DNA of 64,000 nucleotides from Candidatus Iainarchaeum sp. (GTDB taxonomy: Archaea > Iainarchaeota > Iainarchaeia > Iainarchaeales > JAFCCW01). Within the stretch, counting starts at the first letter, position 1, and every line of letters starts with the position of its first letter. Position numbers and translations under genes: made by a program. A model generated the notes under the pieces. The model saw nothing but the letters and a program-made list of their open reading frames with translations, was not told where the DNA came from and ran no database searches. Location of the stretch: positions 1,765 to 65,764 of the forward strand of contig JAFCCW010000010.1 of NCBI GenBank assembly GCA_017609985.1. Direction: 5' to 3'. Positions 19,810 to 29,172 of the stretch are shown piece by piece.

Positions 19810-20072
19810 ATTAATAAAAGGGGGCTATTTTTCTTTATTTTTAGGTTTGTGTTTTTGAGCGGGCCTGTTTTTGTTTTTCAAAAAAACTATTTATTTGTGC
19901 CTTGAAAAATCAGGAATTCGCTTGAGTGTGCTGAGAGTGACGCAGAAAGCGATTTTTTGAAAAAACTGATTTTTCTCTTCTTTGAAAGCATTTAAAAGGA
20001 TGTGCTATTGAAGTTATCTTATATCAGCATAAATTGTATGCTGAATAAATATAAAAAAGGTGAAAAAAACAA

Positions 20073-20225
20073 ATGAGCGAAGACAAGTTTGGCAGAAAAT
20101 TGCACACTGTTACTTGCTCTGAATGCGGAAAGGAAACAGAAGTTCCTTTTGAGCCAGACGGAGAAAGACCAGTATACTGCAAGGACTGCTATCAAAAGCA
20201 CAAAAAGCCAAGAAACGACTACTGA
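20073..20225 (+). CDS. CxxC-x17-CxxC domain protein (50 aa, not in ORF track)
   Basis: TCSECGKETEVPFEPDGERPVYCKDCY signature; AGGTGA RBS. Confidence 0.9.
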   Translation: MSEDKFGRKLHTVTCSECGKETEVPFEPDGERPVYCKDCYQKHKKPRNDY

Positions 20226-20375
20226 TTCTAGACAATTAGTTGGGGAATCTTGAGTTATATCTATTTCTTTTATTTTTTTATTTTATGCAAGTTAGGCAAA
20301 GCCACACTGTACCCATAACCTATTATACATAACAATTTTGGGAATTCTTTTATTCTGCCATGTTCTCTTATTTCC

Positions 20376-21182
20376 ATGCCCAAGGTTTTTAAAGGAAAAG
20401 TTGTGCTTGTAATTCCTGTATTCAACGAGGAAGCCAATATTGGCAGAGTATTGCCGCCTGCAGTTGAAGCAAGGGGCAAAGGCATTGTTGACGAAATTAT
20501 AGTGGTTAATGATGGGAGCAGGGACAGGACTGCTGAGATAGCAAAAAGCTATCCTGGAGTCAAAGTGATTGACTCAGATCCCTCTGGAAGAAAAAAAAAC
20601 AAGGGAAAAGGAATGGCTTTGTTTAGGGGGTTTGAGGAAGCTCACAGCCGTGGTGCAGTCGCTGTTGTCACTGCAGATGCGGACTTGCTTAATCTTGAAG
20701 CAGAGCATTTTAATCAAATTCTTCGCGAACTTGGGCGCGAGGGAGTTAGAATGGCTGTTGCAAGAGCGCATGAAAAAATTGGAAGAGGTGCTTTTGGGCC
20801 TATAGACTCTCTTTCCGGAGAAAGAGCAGTAAAAATGAAGTATTTGAATCCTGTTTTTGAAAACCCTGAAAGATATGTTGGGATAAGGAAGGCTCTTCAG
20901 GAGTCAAGGTTTGGAATAGAATCCGCAGTTAATTTCCTGCTTTCTCAGGAAAAAGGCTTTCCTGTGCATGTGGAGAACAGGGGATGGATAAAGTTTTTTG
21001 ACACAGTTCCGTTTCTTTGTTCTGAAAAGCCTTTTAGGAAGGAAGGAAGCGACAGGCAGAAGGTTTCAGCAGAGATTGCTCTTTCAAGGATTGACATGGA
21101 AAAGAAAAAAGCAGAGGCTGGTCTAACAGGGATATTAGGGGAAAGGATCAACCAAATGCTTGGAAAAAGAAGGAGGCGATGA
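20376..21182 (+). CDS. glycosyltransferase family 2, paralog of 12589..13374
   Basis: VIPVFNEE, VVNDGSRD, NKGKG, ADAD, SGERA, SRFGIE. Confidence 0.85.
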   Translation: MPKVFKGKVVLVIPVFNEEANIGRVLPPAVEARGKGIVDEIIVVNDGSRDRTAEIAKSYPGVKVIDSDPSGRKKNKGKGMALFRGFEEAHSRGAVAVVTADADLLNLEAEHFNQILRELGREGVRMAVARAHEKIGRGAFGPIDSLSGERAVKMKYLNPVFENPERYVGIRKALQESRFGIESAVNFLLSQEKGFPVHVENRGWIKFFDTVPFLCSEKPFRKEGSDRQKVSAEIALSRIDMEKKKAEAGLTGILGERINQMLGKRRRR

Positions 21183-21185
21183 CTT

Positions 21186-21527
21186 TTGAGCAAGGTTTTG
21201 AACGGAAGAGTTGTGGCAGTAGTGCCTGCATATGATGAAGAAGAGCACCTGGAAAACGTGCTTAAAGCTCTTGCAGAAGCAAAAAAAACAAGGTGTTGTT
21301 GACGAGATTATTGTAGTTAACGATGGCAGCACTGATGAAACAAGAAAAATAGCAGAGAGTCTGTTTTAGAGGTTGACAGAGTAATAAATTTTACAAGAAA
21401 CAGAGGAAAGGGAGCAGCTGTTTTGGCAGGATTATTGCATGCCAACCGGTCTGGGGCTGAAGCAGATGCATTGGTTAGGAGTGAATCCAGTGCGCGTGGT
21501 GGGAAAAATAAAAGAAAAAAGAAATAA
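21186..21527 (+). pseudogene. truncated, frameshifted GT2 paralog
   Basis: VVPAYDEE, then after a frame change in an A8 run VDEIIVVNDGSTD, then after a second frame change RNRGKGAAVLAG; ends without the C-terminal half. Confidence 0.8.
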
Positions 21528-21580
21528 TACGAGTTGTAGAACAACAAAATTATTTTATTTAACAAAAACAGTTATCTAAT

Positions 21581-22212
21581 ATGCCAAAAAGAGTTCAGCT
21601 TTTTCATAGAACACAACCTCATCTTCTTCCACATATTGAAAAGCATGGTTTGTTGCCTCCAACTGGTGCTGCAAGGCATGGCGTGCCAAAGCTTGCTCAG
21701 AACGAGCGAACTGCAGAAGAGAGAAGAAAAGCAGACGAGCTTGTTGACTCTTTTGCTCCGCCTGGCATCAAAATCAGGCGCAAGGGCGCGATTTTTCTGA
21801 GTTTTTCCAATGAGGGGCGTCTTGTTTATGGCACGCCAAATGACAATAGAGTGGGAATCAGTGTCAAGGTTGATCCTAAGAAATGCATGATTTTTGACAT
21901 GCAGACATATATAACAATGTGCAGAGACAGCTTGCAAGGGAAAGAACTATCGGAAAGTCTGTGAGAGAAACTGCTAAAGAAATTGCTCGGTGGTACTGGC
22001 ATACGGCTGTTACGTTAGAGGAATTTCTTAAATATTATGTGAAAAATAAAAAAGGCACAATTTGGCGAAGGAAGCCAGATGCTCCTAAATCTCGGTCAGA
22101 CGGCAGTCTTTTTCCTGATGGTTTTTACTGGCCCGAAGCTCTCGCAATGGAAAAAATTGAATCAGAATATGTTACGGTTAGGAACCCAAAAATAAAAAAT
22201 CCAAAAAAATAG
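21581..22212 (+). pseudogene. ADP-ribosyltransferase-like (Tpt1/DarT-type motif) protein split by a frameshift near 21940
   Basis: LFHRT...IEKHGLLP and AIFLS in the first ORF, distal PE in the overlapping second ORF. Confidence 0.5.
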
Positions 22213-22268
22213 ATTTTGTCTGGTGACAGGAAAATAAAAACAGTTCTCACTCTAGTTTAAGTGATTGG

Positions 22269-22433
22269 ATGAATCAAAAACTCTTCAAAATCCTGATAAT
22301 TCTCCTCTGCATTGTTTTAGTGTTTACTTTGACGTTTTCAGTAATGGGTTATCTAAATCCCTTGTTTTTCTGGGGGATTGCAATAGTGGCTGGCGTGTTT
22401 GCTTTCATTGTTCTGCCGAGGATGAATAAGTAG
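22269..22433 (+). CDS. small two-TM membrane protein (54 aa, not in ORF track)
   Basis: MNQKLFKILIILLCIVLVF...FFWGIAIVAGVFAFIVLPRMNK. Confidence 0.7.
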   Translation: MNQKLFKILIILLCIVLVFTLTFSVMGYLNPLFFWGIAIVAGVFAFIVLPRMNK

Positions 22434-22796
22434 AAAACAAAGCCAAATTATACATAACAAATAACTGGTTTGTTTCGCTGTAGTTGTCTCTCCGCACAAG
22501 CAATAGATTAAGCATCTGGCTTAGTTTGGGAGAAAATTCTTCTTTTTCTTTCCCTTTTTGCAGTTTTTATCAAAATCAAGCCCCAGTTTATACATAACAC
22601 TCTAACCCCTTTTCTTCCAGTAAAACTATCAACATCGGAATAATCTGCAATTTTTGCAGTCCGAACCCCGTCGCTTCCATTAATTCTTTCAAGATTGGAA
22701 TAATGGCTAAACAGTTGAAAAACTGCGTTTAATCGCTCTTTGCTAGCCAAATACGGCAGTTTAGGGGCTTCTTCCTGTATTTGCTCCCCTCACAAG

Positions 22797-22824
22797 ATGC
22801 AGGATAATACACATTATCCTGCAA
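22797..22824. other. Xer/dif-like recombination site
   Basis: ATGCAGGATAA-TACACA-TTATCCTGCAA: 11+6+11 bp with ATAA-N6-TTAT core, intergenic. Confidence 0.75.
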
Positions 22825-22952
22825 AATTCCCTCGTAAAATATTGGATTTTTGTAAAAAACAGTGTGCGTTTTTGGGTTAGTTTGAGCTGGTTTTTGGTTT
22901 GGGTGGGGGGGGCCTCGTGCCCAAAACAGATTCAGGTTATGTATAAGTCAGT

Positions 22953-23237
22953 TTAATTTTCAGTAAAATCCATCAAGCAATTCTCCAAAATATGCCTCAA
23001 ATTCTTCTGCTCTGCCAAGAATTCTGTACAACTCAGCAACCTCTGCAAGCATTCTTCTGGCCCTGTATCGGGCGGAATCAATCTGCTTCGAATTCGCCTA
23101 AATTCAGGATTTCCTGGGCCAGCGCCAGATTCAACAAGTTCGTGCTTTAGCTCGCGCTTTTTCAAGAAATTAGCACGCATTATGTTCAATCCTTGTAATC
23201 TCTTCCAAAAAATTTTGGAAATTTCAAGCATTTCCAA
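22953..23237 (-). CDS. hypothetical protein or gene fragment
   Basis: 94-aa ORF, TTG start, no recognisable motif. Confidence 0.35.
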   Translation of the reverse strand: MEMLEISKIFWKRLQGLNIMRANFLKKRELKHELVESGAGPGNPEFRRIRSRLIPPDTGPEECLQRLLSCTEFLAEQKNLRHILENCLMDFTEN

Positions 23238-23421
23238 ATTTCTTCTTTTAATCTCAGCTCTTAACCAAGGAGCTTCCCTAACTGGTTTTTTCGTTGAGAT
23301 GTGTGTTTAGTTAGGTTTTTTTGGTCAAAAAACAAACCCATTATGTATAATATGGCTACATAACGGGTTTTGATAAATCTAAATACTGAAAAACTTCACA
23401 ATCTTTATTCTTTTTTTTTGG

Positions 23422-24135
23422 CTATTTTCTATGCCTTGATTTTTGTCTCTCAATTCTTTGCTGAATTGAATGTGCAATGTCTTTAATCGTGATTCTTTTT
23501 ATTTTTCTTTCGTCTGCAGAAGCAGTAGAACTTTCCACTCCAGTCTTCGGGAAACTTATTCCATCAACTTTTGCTCCCTTCTGTTCCAATCCTGCTTTCA
23601 AATGCCTTGTGAATGACTGTACACACCTGTATCTTATTCTTCTTGTTATTTCGTTTCCCAAGGTCAGCCCCATATATTCTCCATAAGCTGTAATCGAAAC
23701 CTGTTTTCCTAATCTCTGATTGTTTTTCTCAATCCTTTCGTTTACTTTGTGCATTATTTCTCCTGCAAGAAGCCTGTTTCTTGCAGCAAAAGTCATGCTT
23801 GCATCACTTAAAAAAAATTCCACTAAATTTCTTCCAAATCTTTTTCTTGCAGTTTCTCTGATTCTAACAAGCTTTTCCTTAATTTCTCTGTTTTTTGGAT
23901 TTTCAAGATTTTCCAGAATGTCATTGTCAAAAGGCCAGACAATAACCATCATTGTTTCGCCCCTGTTTCCTTTTCCAGCTTTATTAATCCTGTTTTCGTA
24001 ATCCTGTAAAATTGCCCCGTACTTTCTTTTGTCTGGAGAATAATGAACTGGCTTTTCAGTTGTTTTTCCCTCGTCTCCCAAAATCCAGTAACCTGGGTGC
24101 ACTAAAACCTCAAAATTTGTTATTTCTTTTGTCAT
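23422..24135 (-). CDS. basic hypothetical protein
   Basis: 237-aa ORF with VLVHPGY and AYGEY...CV segments. Confidence 0.65.
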   Translation of the reverse strand: MTKEITNFEVLVHPGYWILGDEGKTTEKPVHYSPDKRKYGAILQDYENRINKAGKGNRGETMMVIVWPFDNDILENLENPKNREIKEKLVRIRETARKRFGRNLVEFFLSDASMTFAARNRLLAGEIMHKVNERIEKNNQRLGKQVSITAYGEYMGLTLGNEITRRIRYRCVQSFTRHLKAGLEQKGAKVDGISFPKTGVESSTASADERKIKRITIKDIAHSIQQRIERQKSRHRK

Positions 24136-24243
24136 GTACTAATCTCTCTTTTCTCATTAATAAATTTCTTGTTTTTTTTTATTTTTTTCATATTCTCTTT
24201 TAAGAATTTCTATTCATCATCTTTCTGCTAAGAGGTTGGTTGA

Positions 24244-27213
24244 TTGCAACGCGGAATTTTTGTTGCAGCAGCGCTAGCTTTGCTTGTTCTGCTGTCTGGC
24301 TGTTCCACAAAGCTTTCGCACGAGGAGAGGATGCTCTGCATAGAACTCTCTTCTCAGGCAAAAGCTGCGGTTCCGGAATGCGACACAGAACAAGAATGTT
24401 ATGTAGAATTAGAGTCTTCTTTGTTTAATTTTTCTCCTGCTGGCTTTACTCCTGATGGGGAAAAACTGTTCTATAACTTCAAAAACGATGTTGCATTAAG
24501 CTGGCTTTACTTTAATCGCGCAAGAGACAATGCTGGGGAAATCAATTCAATCTGCTCCGCTGACAAGGGCTATGCTTCTCTTCCTCGGAATGTAAATGAA
24601 TTCAATTCCAACCTGCTTAAGGCATTTGAATACTCTGATTTAGCTCATTCAAAAGCATTTGCAATAATTGCAATTGATTATTTTTTCTTGGATTCTGAGG
24701 AAATTCATCTTATTCGTGAAGAACCTTTGTATGATTCTTTTCTTGTTTTTGGAAAAAATCTTTCTGATTTTCAGCTAAAAAAATCTGGTTCCACGAGTTT
24801 TTCTTCAATTTATTTCTCGCGTTTCTCTGACTTTCAGAAAAATTCTTCTTATTCTCTTCTGCCTGTTTTTGTAAAGGAATCATCTGTTCTTGGATTGCTT
24901 GGAAAATTTGACTCTCATCTTGTCAAAGAAGCTGATTTGGGCAAATTTTGGATGCCTATTTTTTCTTCTCTTTTCTCGGATTCAGTGAATTTTTTTATTT
25001 CTATTGAGAACACGGGCAATGCAGTTTCTGCTCTGCGTCAGTTTCCTAGCAACAGTTTGATGCAGGCTTACTCTGGTTTTGTTGGAACAAAAGATTCTAG
25101 TCTGGAAGAATTTTCTGCTTTAATGAGCAATCGCTCTTCTTCTTTTGAGGAAATTGAAAAACGAAACATGGTTCTCAAGGAAAGCATTTCTGAAACTTTC
25201 TCTAAAACAAGCTCAAAAATAGATTCTGTTTCTGCAGGATTTTCTTTTGAGAAAGGATTCATTAAAGAACTTTATTCTGACCTTAACTCTGGTTTTGAAA
25301 TTTCTTCAAAACAGTATTCAATTTCTGATCTGGAAGAATTTTCTTCTGATGCAGAATCAACTTTTTTTGACTTGGAGCGGGAGCTTGCTGAAATAAATTC
25401 TCTTGAAAATCTTTCAGAAATTTCTCTTGGTTCAAAAACAAGCAGACTAAAAAATCTGAATGCTGACTCGATCGAATTGCTTGAAAGCATTAACTATCTT
25501 GAAGAAGAAGTTTTGCAGGGTCTGCTATTGCTTTGTGAAAACCGGGTTTCTTCAATTTCCAATTTCCTGAATAATAATTCTGATTCTCTGTCTGAAATGC
25601 AGAATCTCTCTGATACAAAATCATTGCTTTCCTATTCTGTTTCCAAATTTGAATCTGCTGAATCCCAACAAATCAAGCTTGTTGAATGCAGTAAATCCAT
25701 TGCAAGCCTTAATTTGTTAAAACAGGCATTAGCTGATTATGAAATCTACAAACTTTCTTTTTCTGAATCTGTTGAAAAATGCTTTTCTCGTATTGAATTA
25801 ATTCTTTCAAATCCTGTGTTTTCTGAGCTGGAATTGCTTGAATTCAAGCAACAGTTTCTTGCACTCAAACAGATTTCTGAGACTGCAGAATTTGAAAGCA
25901 TTTCACGGCAATGCCTTTCTCTGAAAAAACGAATTTCAGTTTTTATTCATTCAGCGAAAGAAATCCATGCTATTGAAAATGATTTCAAAGAACTTGAATT
26001 GCTTTACTCTGAGTTTTCAGAGCTTCAAGACAAGCTTTCTATTTTTTCTAAGACAAGCTTTGCTAATGCTGAAACTGCTTTCAAGAAACTAAAATATTCT
26101 TTTTCCGAGCAAGGGCTTAATTTAACAGAATCTGAATCTATTGAATCTCTCAACAGCCAAATTTCTGAGTTGAAGTCATTTATTGATTTAGAAATTTACG
26201 ATCAGGTTCTTGAAAGCATTCGCTCAAGAGCCTATTGGACAGGGGATGAAAACAATAAGACTCTTGTTCTTGAAAATCTTGTTTATCCTTTGAAAACACA
26301 GGCAATCATTGAACTGCAGTCTCAATCAAATCTTGTTCCCTCTGCTTTTTCTTCAAATATTTCCAAAGTCAGATTGCTTGATAACAGCCTCTTAATTGAC
26401 TTGAATTATATTCCTCTCGGTTCAACAGTCATCAAATTTGATAATTTTGATAATAATTCTAGTTTGCAGGATTCAAACACTCTTCTTGAACCAAAAATCC
26501 TTGACTTTGGCCAAAATTCTGAAAAAATACTGGCTGCAAGGCTTGTTTCAGACAAATTTTCAAAAAACCTTGACTCTCTCTATTTACTAAGGGATGTTCT
26601 GATTCCGGAAAAAGTTTCTTTTTTCAGAAAAATATTTGCAGGCACTTCTCCGGAGGAAATGGTTGAAGCAAAGTATATTCCTCCTATTTCTAGTCTCAGG
26701 CTGGAAAAAATTGAACAAGAGTCAATTGAATCTGTTCCAATAACTCTTGCTAGAGACTTTGCAGACTTTGAAAAAGCAGTTTTGGAGGAAAACTGGCTTG
26801 AAGCAGCAAAAATTGCTGAAAAAAGAATGCCTGACCTTGAATCAAAGCTTTCCCTGCTTTCTTCTCGCGAAAAAGAGCTTTCAATAGCTTCGGATTCAGT
26901 AAAAGAAGAAGCAATTGCCTCATATAACAATGCCGTGGCAAAATTCAATGTCTCGCCCCCTAATCAGGATGCAGAGAAAGCAATTCAGGAAGCTGAGGAA
27001 GCAATTAAAGAAAATTCTCTAATGCAGTCAATTCTTCTTTCAAGAAATGCAACAGCTCTTCTTTCAGTTCCAGAGCCAGGAAACCTGGTTGTTCCCTCTG
27101 CGATAATTATTTTAGTCATTTCTGCCTTGCTTTTGTTTTTTGTAAAATACAAACGCAAAAAAGACAGCCAAACAAGAAAAGGCTTTGTGAAAAAGATACT
27201 GAAAAACTGGTAA
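24244..27213 (+). CDS. large Ser-rich exported protein with lipobox-like N-terminus and C-terminal TM anchor
   Basis: LLSGC lipobox; C-terminal VPEP + hydrophobic helix + KYKRKK. Confidence 0.75.
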   Translation: MQRGIFVAAALALLVLLSGCSTKLSHEERMLCIELSSQAKAAVPECDTEQECYVELESSLFNFSPAGFTPDGEKLFYNFKNDVALSWLYFNRARDNAGEINSICSADKGYASLPRNVNEFNSNLLKAFEYSDLAHSKAFAIIAIDYFFLDSEEIHLIREEPLYDSFLVFGKNLSDFQLKKSGSTSFSSIYFSRFSDFQKNSSYSLLPVFVKESSVLGLLGKFDSHLVKEADLGKFWMPIFSSLFSDSVNFFISIENTGNAVSALRQFPSNSLMQAYSGFVGTKDSSLEEFSALMSNRSSSFEEIEKRNMVLKESISETFSKTSSKIDSVSAGFSFEKGFIKELYSDLNSGFEISSKQYSISDLEEFSSDAESTFFDLERELAEINSLENLSEISLGSKTSRLKNLNADSIELLESINYLEEEVLQGLLLLCENRVSSISNFLNNNSDSLSEMQNLSDTKSLLSYSVSKFESAESQQIKLVECSKSIASLNLLKQALADYEIYKLSFSESVEKCFSRIELILSNPVFSELELLEFKQQFLALKQISETAEFESISRQCLSLKKRISVFIHSAKEIHAIENDFKELELLYSEFSELQDKLSIFSKTSFANAETAFKKLKYSFSEQGLNLTESESIESLNSQISELKSFIDLEIYDQVLESIRSRAYWTGDENNKTLVLENLVYPLKTQAIIELQSQSNLVPSAFSSNISKVRLLDNSLLIDLNYIPLGSTVIKFDNFDNNSSLQDSNTLLEPKILDFGQNSEKILAARLVSDKFSKNLDSLYLLRDVLIPEKVSFFRKIFAGTSPEEMVEAKYIPPISSLRLEKIEQESIESVPITLARDFADFEKAVLEENWLEAAKIAEKRMPDLESKLSLLSSREKELSIASDSVKEEAIASYNNAVAKFNVSPPNQDAEKAIQEAEEAIKENSLMQSILLSRNATALLSVPEPGNLVVPSAIIILVISALLLFFVKYKRKKDSQTRKGFVKKILKNW

Positions 27214-27226
27214 TCATTATGTATAA

Positions 27227-28435
27227 TTACCCTTTAAAGTGGATAAACAAGTAGATTCCTGCTCCAACCAGTAAAAAGAATCCTGCTGCGAAAATAAGTG
27301 GTTCTATTTCTTGTTCTTCAAATGCAATGCTTGTCCCATCGCATACTGCTGTGTTCCCATCCATAAAACTAATCTCACAGCCTATTTTATGGTCTCCTTT
27401 GCTGTTTCCTCTGGCAGTTATTGTATATGTTGAACTTTCTCCTGGCCCAAGATCTGTTATGTATAATCTGTTTTCTGATATTTCAAGCCCGGTTTCTGGA
27501 TTTAGTTTGATTTCTGCTTGTTCCACACTCCAGTTTCCTGAATTAATAACTTTTATCTCTATTTGTGTGCTGGCGCCGACATTAAATATTTCTCCTTCTT
27601 TTCCAAAACTGGTTGTTAATTCTTTTTTTGGAGCACTAACCCAGATAAGAGGATAATTTGATTTTAGCTCTTCTTTTTCTCCAAAAATGTTTTTGTAGCT
27701 TGCGGATGCTGCTGGCAAGGTAATTCTTGAAACAATATTTGGTCTAATTGAATAATTTATTTCCTTTGTTTCTCCTGCTCCTATTGTTCCAGTCCATTCT
27801 CCATCCCCTTTCAGGACATCAAAAATAACTATGTCTTTGATTTCTTCAAAAAGAGGTCTCATTCGTTTAATTGTGATTTCTCCTGCTTCACTTCCTGAGT
27901 TTTTTATCTTGATTGAAATCTCTATTTCCTCTCCTTGTTCAGGATTTTTTTGAGAAACTGTTTTTTCAAAGCCTTCAAAATAAGGCTGGAGATAAGCTCC
28001 GATAAAGGATGTGTTATTTACAACAATATTTGTTGTGGTATTTGAAGTAATTCCACAAATTCTTAGCGTGTTTTCTTCCAGTATCTGGCTTTTGTCAAGA
28101 AGGATTCTTTGCCAGCAGTTGTCTTCTTCGCAGTGCATATCTCTTATGTATACTTTGTTTTCTTCGCCTTGGTTCAGTTTAATGCTTGCTCCGGCAGTAT
28201 CGCTTTGGAGAGGTGAAAATGAGATATTAATTGAAAACAAGGGGTACAGCCCTTCTTTTGTTAAATCAATGTTATTTGGATATAGAAAATTCCAGTAGGC
28301 GCAATTTTCAATACTTGCCCCGTCTGATTCAATGCTTTCAAAGCCCATCTCTTGAAAAGAGCGTTCAAAAACTGTTTCAGCTGATGCTGTTGAAAAAAAC
28401 AACGCAATTGCTAACAGCAGACAAAGCCTTTTCAT
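27227..28435 (-). CDS. surface protein with CARDB/BatD-like Ig domains
   Basis: signal peptide, ISIKIKNSG and IKVINSG...DLGPGES repeats, C-terminal TM. Confidence 0.75.
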   Translation of the reverse strand: MKRLCLLLAIALFFSTASAETVFERSFQEMGFESIESDGASIENCAYWNFLYPNNIDLTKEGLYPLFSINISFSPLQSDTAGASIKLNQGEENKVYIRDMHCEEDNCWQRILLDKSQILEENTLRICGITSNTTTNIVVNNTSFIGAYLQPYFEGFEKTVSQKNPEQGEEIEISIKIKNSGSEAGEITIKRMRPLFEEIKDIVIFDVLKGDGEWTGTIGAGETKEINYSIRPNIVSRITLPAASASYKNIFGEKEELKSNYPLIWVSAPKKELTTSFGKEGEIFNVGASTQIEIKVINSGNWSVEQAEIKLNPETGLEISENRLYITDLGPGESSTYTITARGNSKGDHKIGCEISFMDGNTAVCDGTSIAFEEQEIEPLIFAAGFFLLVGAGIYLFIHFKG

Positions 28436-28926
28436 TTAATTTTCCCCCTTTGTTCAATCTCTTTCAATATATGCTCCGTTGTTTCTTTAATTGTTTTCTT
28501 GCTTGTGACCTCAATTATCTCCTTTTTAGGATATCTTCTTTCAATATGCTTCTTGCAGTAATCAATTCCCTCGCAGAATACATTGTCCTGTATTTTTTCA
28601 GCAGTGTATCCTCTTGATTCAAGCCTGGATTCCAGCATCTCTGGATCTGTTCTAATCAAAATCGCAAAGTCAATTGGAATCTTTGTTTCACAAAGCAGGT
28701 GCCCTTCAAGCACTATATTTTTTTCTTTTTTTAGAAATTTTTTCAGTTCTTGTTCCAGTTTCTTAACATCAACTACTAACTCGTTTTCATCAACATCAAA
28801 TTCTCCTATTCTTTTTTCAAGAGAAAATTCTTTCTCGTTTAGTGATTTGCAGCCTAGTTTCTCTGCCAGCATTTTTGAAACAGAAGTTTTTCCCACTCCT
28901 GGCGAACCAGTAATCAGCAGTTTCAT
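28432..28926 (-). CDS. adenylate kinase 6 / Fap7-like ATPase
   Basis: ITGSPGVGKT, VLEGH, RLESRGY...KIQDN. Confidence 0.85.
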   Translation of the reverse strand: MKLLITGSPGVGKTSVSKMLAEKLGCKSLNEKEFSLEKRIGEFDVDENELVVDVKKLEQELKKFLKKEKNIVLEGHLLCETKIPIDFAILIRTDPEMLESRLESRGYTAEKIQDNVFCEGIDYCKKHIERRYPKKEIIEVTSKKTIKETTEHILKEIEQRGKIK

Positions 28927-28988
28927 ATGCTCTAATATGTTGCGAAAAAAAGATAATTAAAGGGGGAAGGGGATGGGGAAACAAAATA

Positions 28989-29123
28989 TCAGGTTCTAAT
29001 ACACTTTTTAGCAAAAGCGAGCTTCTCGTCTGAGAGACAAGTGCCTCCCTGACTTAGGGTCCTACACAACTTAATGGCTTTTTCAGCGCTCATTTTTTCA
29101 GTGCAAAGAATATCTTGTTTCAT
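28989..29123 (-). CDS. small Cys-containing protein (44 aa, not in ORF track)
   Basis: MKQDILCTEKMSAEKAIKLCRTLSQGGTCLSDEKLAFAKKCIRT, consensus promoter upstream, pyrimidine tract downstream. Confidence 0.5.
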   Translation of the reverse strand: MKQDILCTEKMSAEKAIKLCRTLSQGGTCLSDEKLAFAKKCIRT

Positions 29124-29152
29124 CCAAAATCCCTGTCAGTATAATATGCTAA

Positions 29153-29172
29153 GTTATTTATATACTTTTCGG
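29153..29172 (-). promoter_or_regulatory. consensus BRE-TATA promoter
   Basis: minus strand CCGAAAAG-TATATAAATA. Confidence 0.65.

Noticed and set aside
22901-22912. G-run GGGTGGGGGGGG near the dif-like site as KOPS or ORB G-string
   Set aside because: Single occurrence, does not match GGGNAGGG, and no adjacent ORB dyad.
20323-22946. TTATACATA as DnaA boxes marking a bacterial-type origin
   Set aside because: Consistent mismatch to TTATNCACA, spread over tens of kb, and the genome is archaeal with Orc1/Cdc6.
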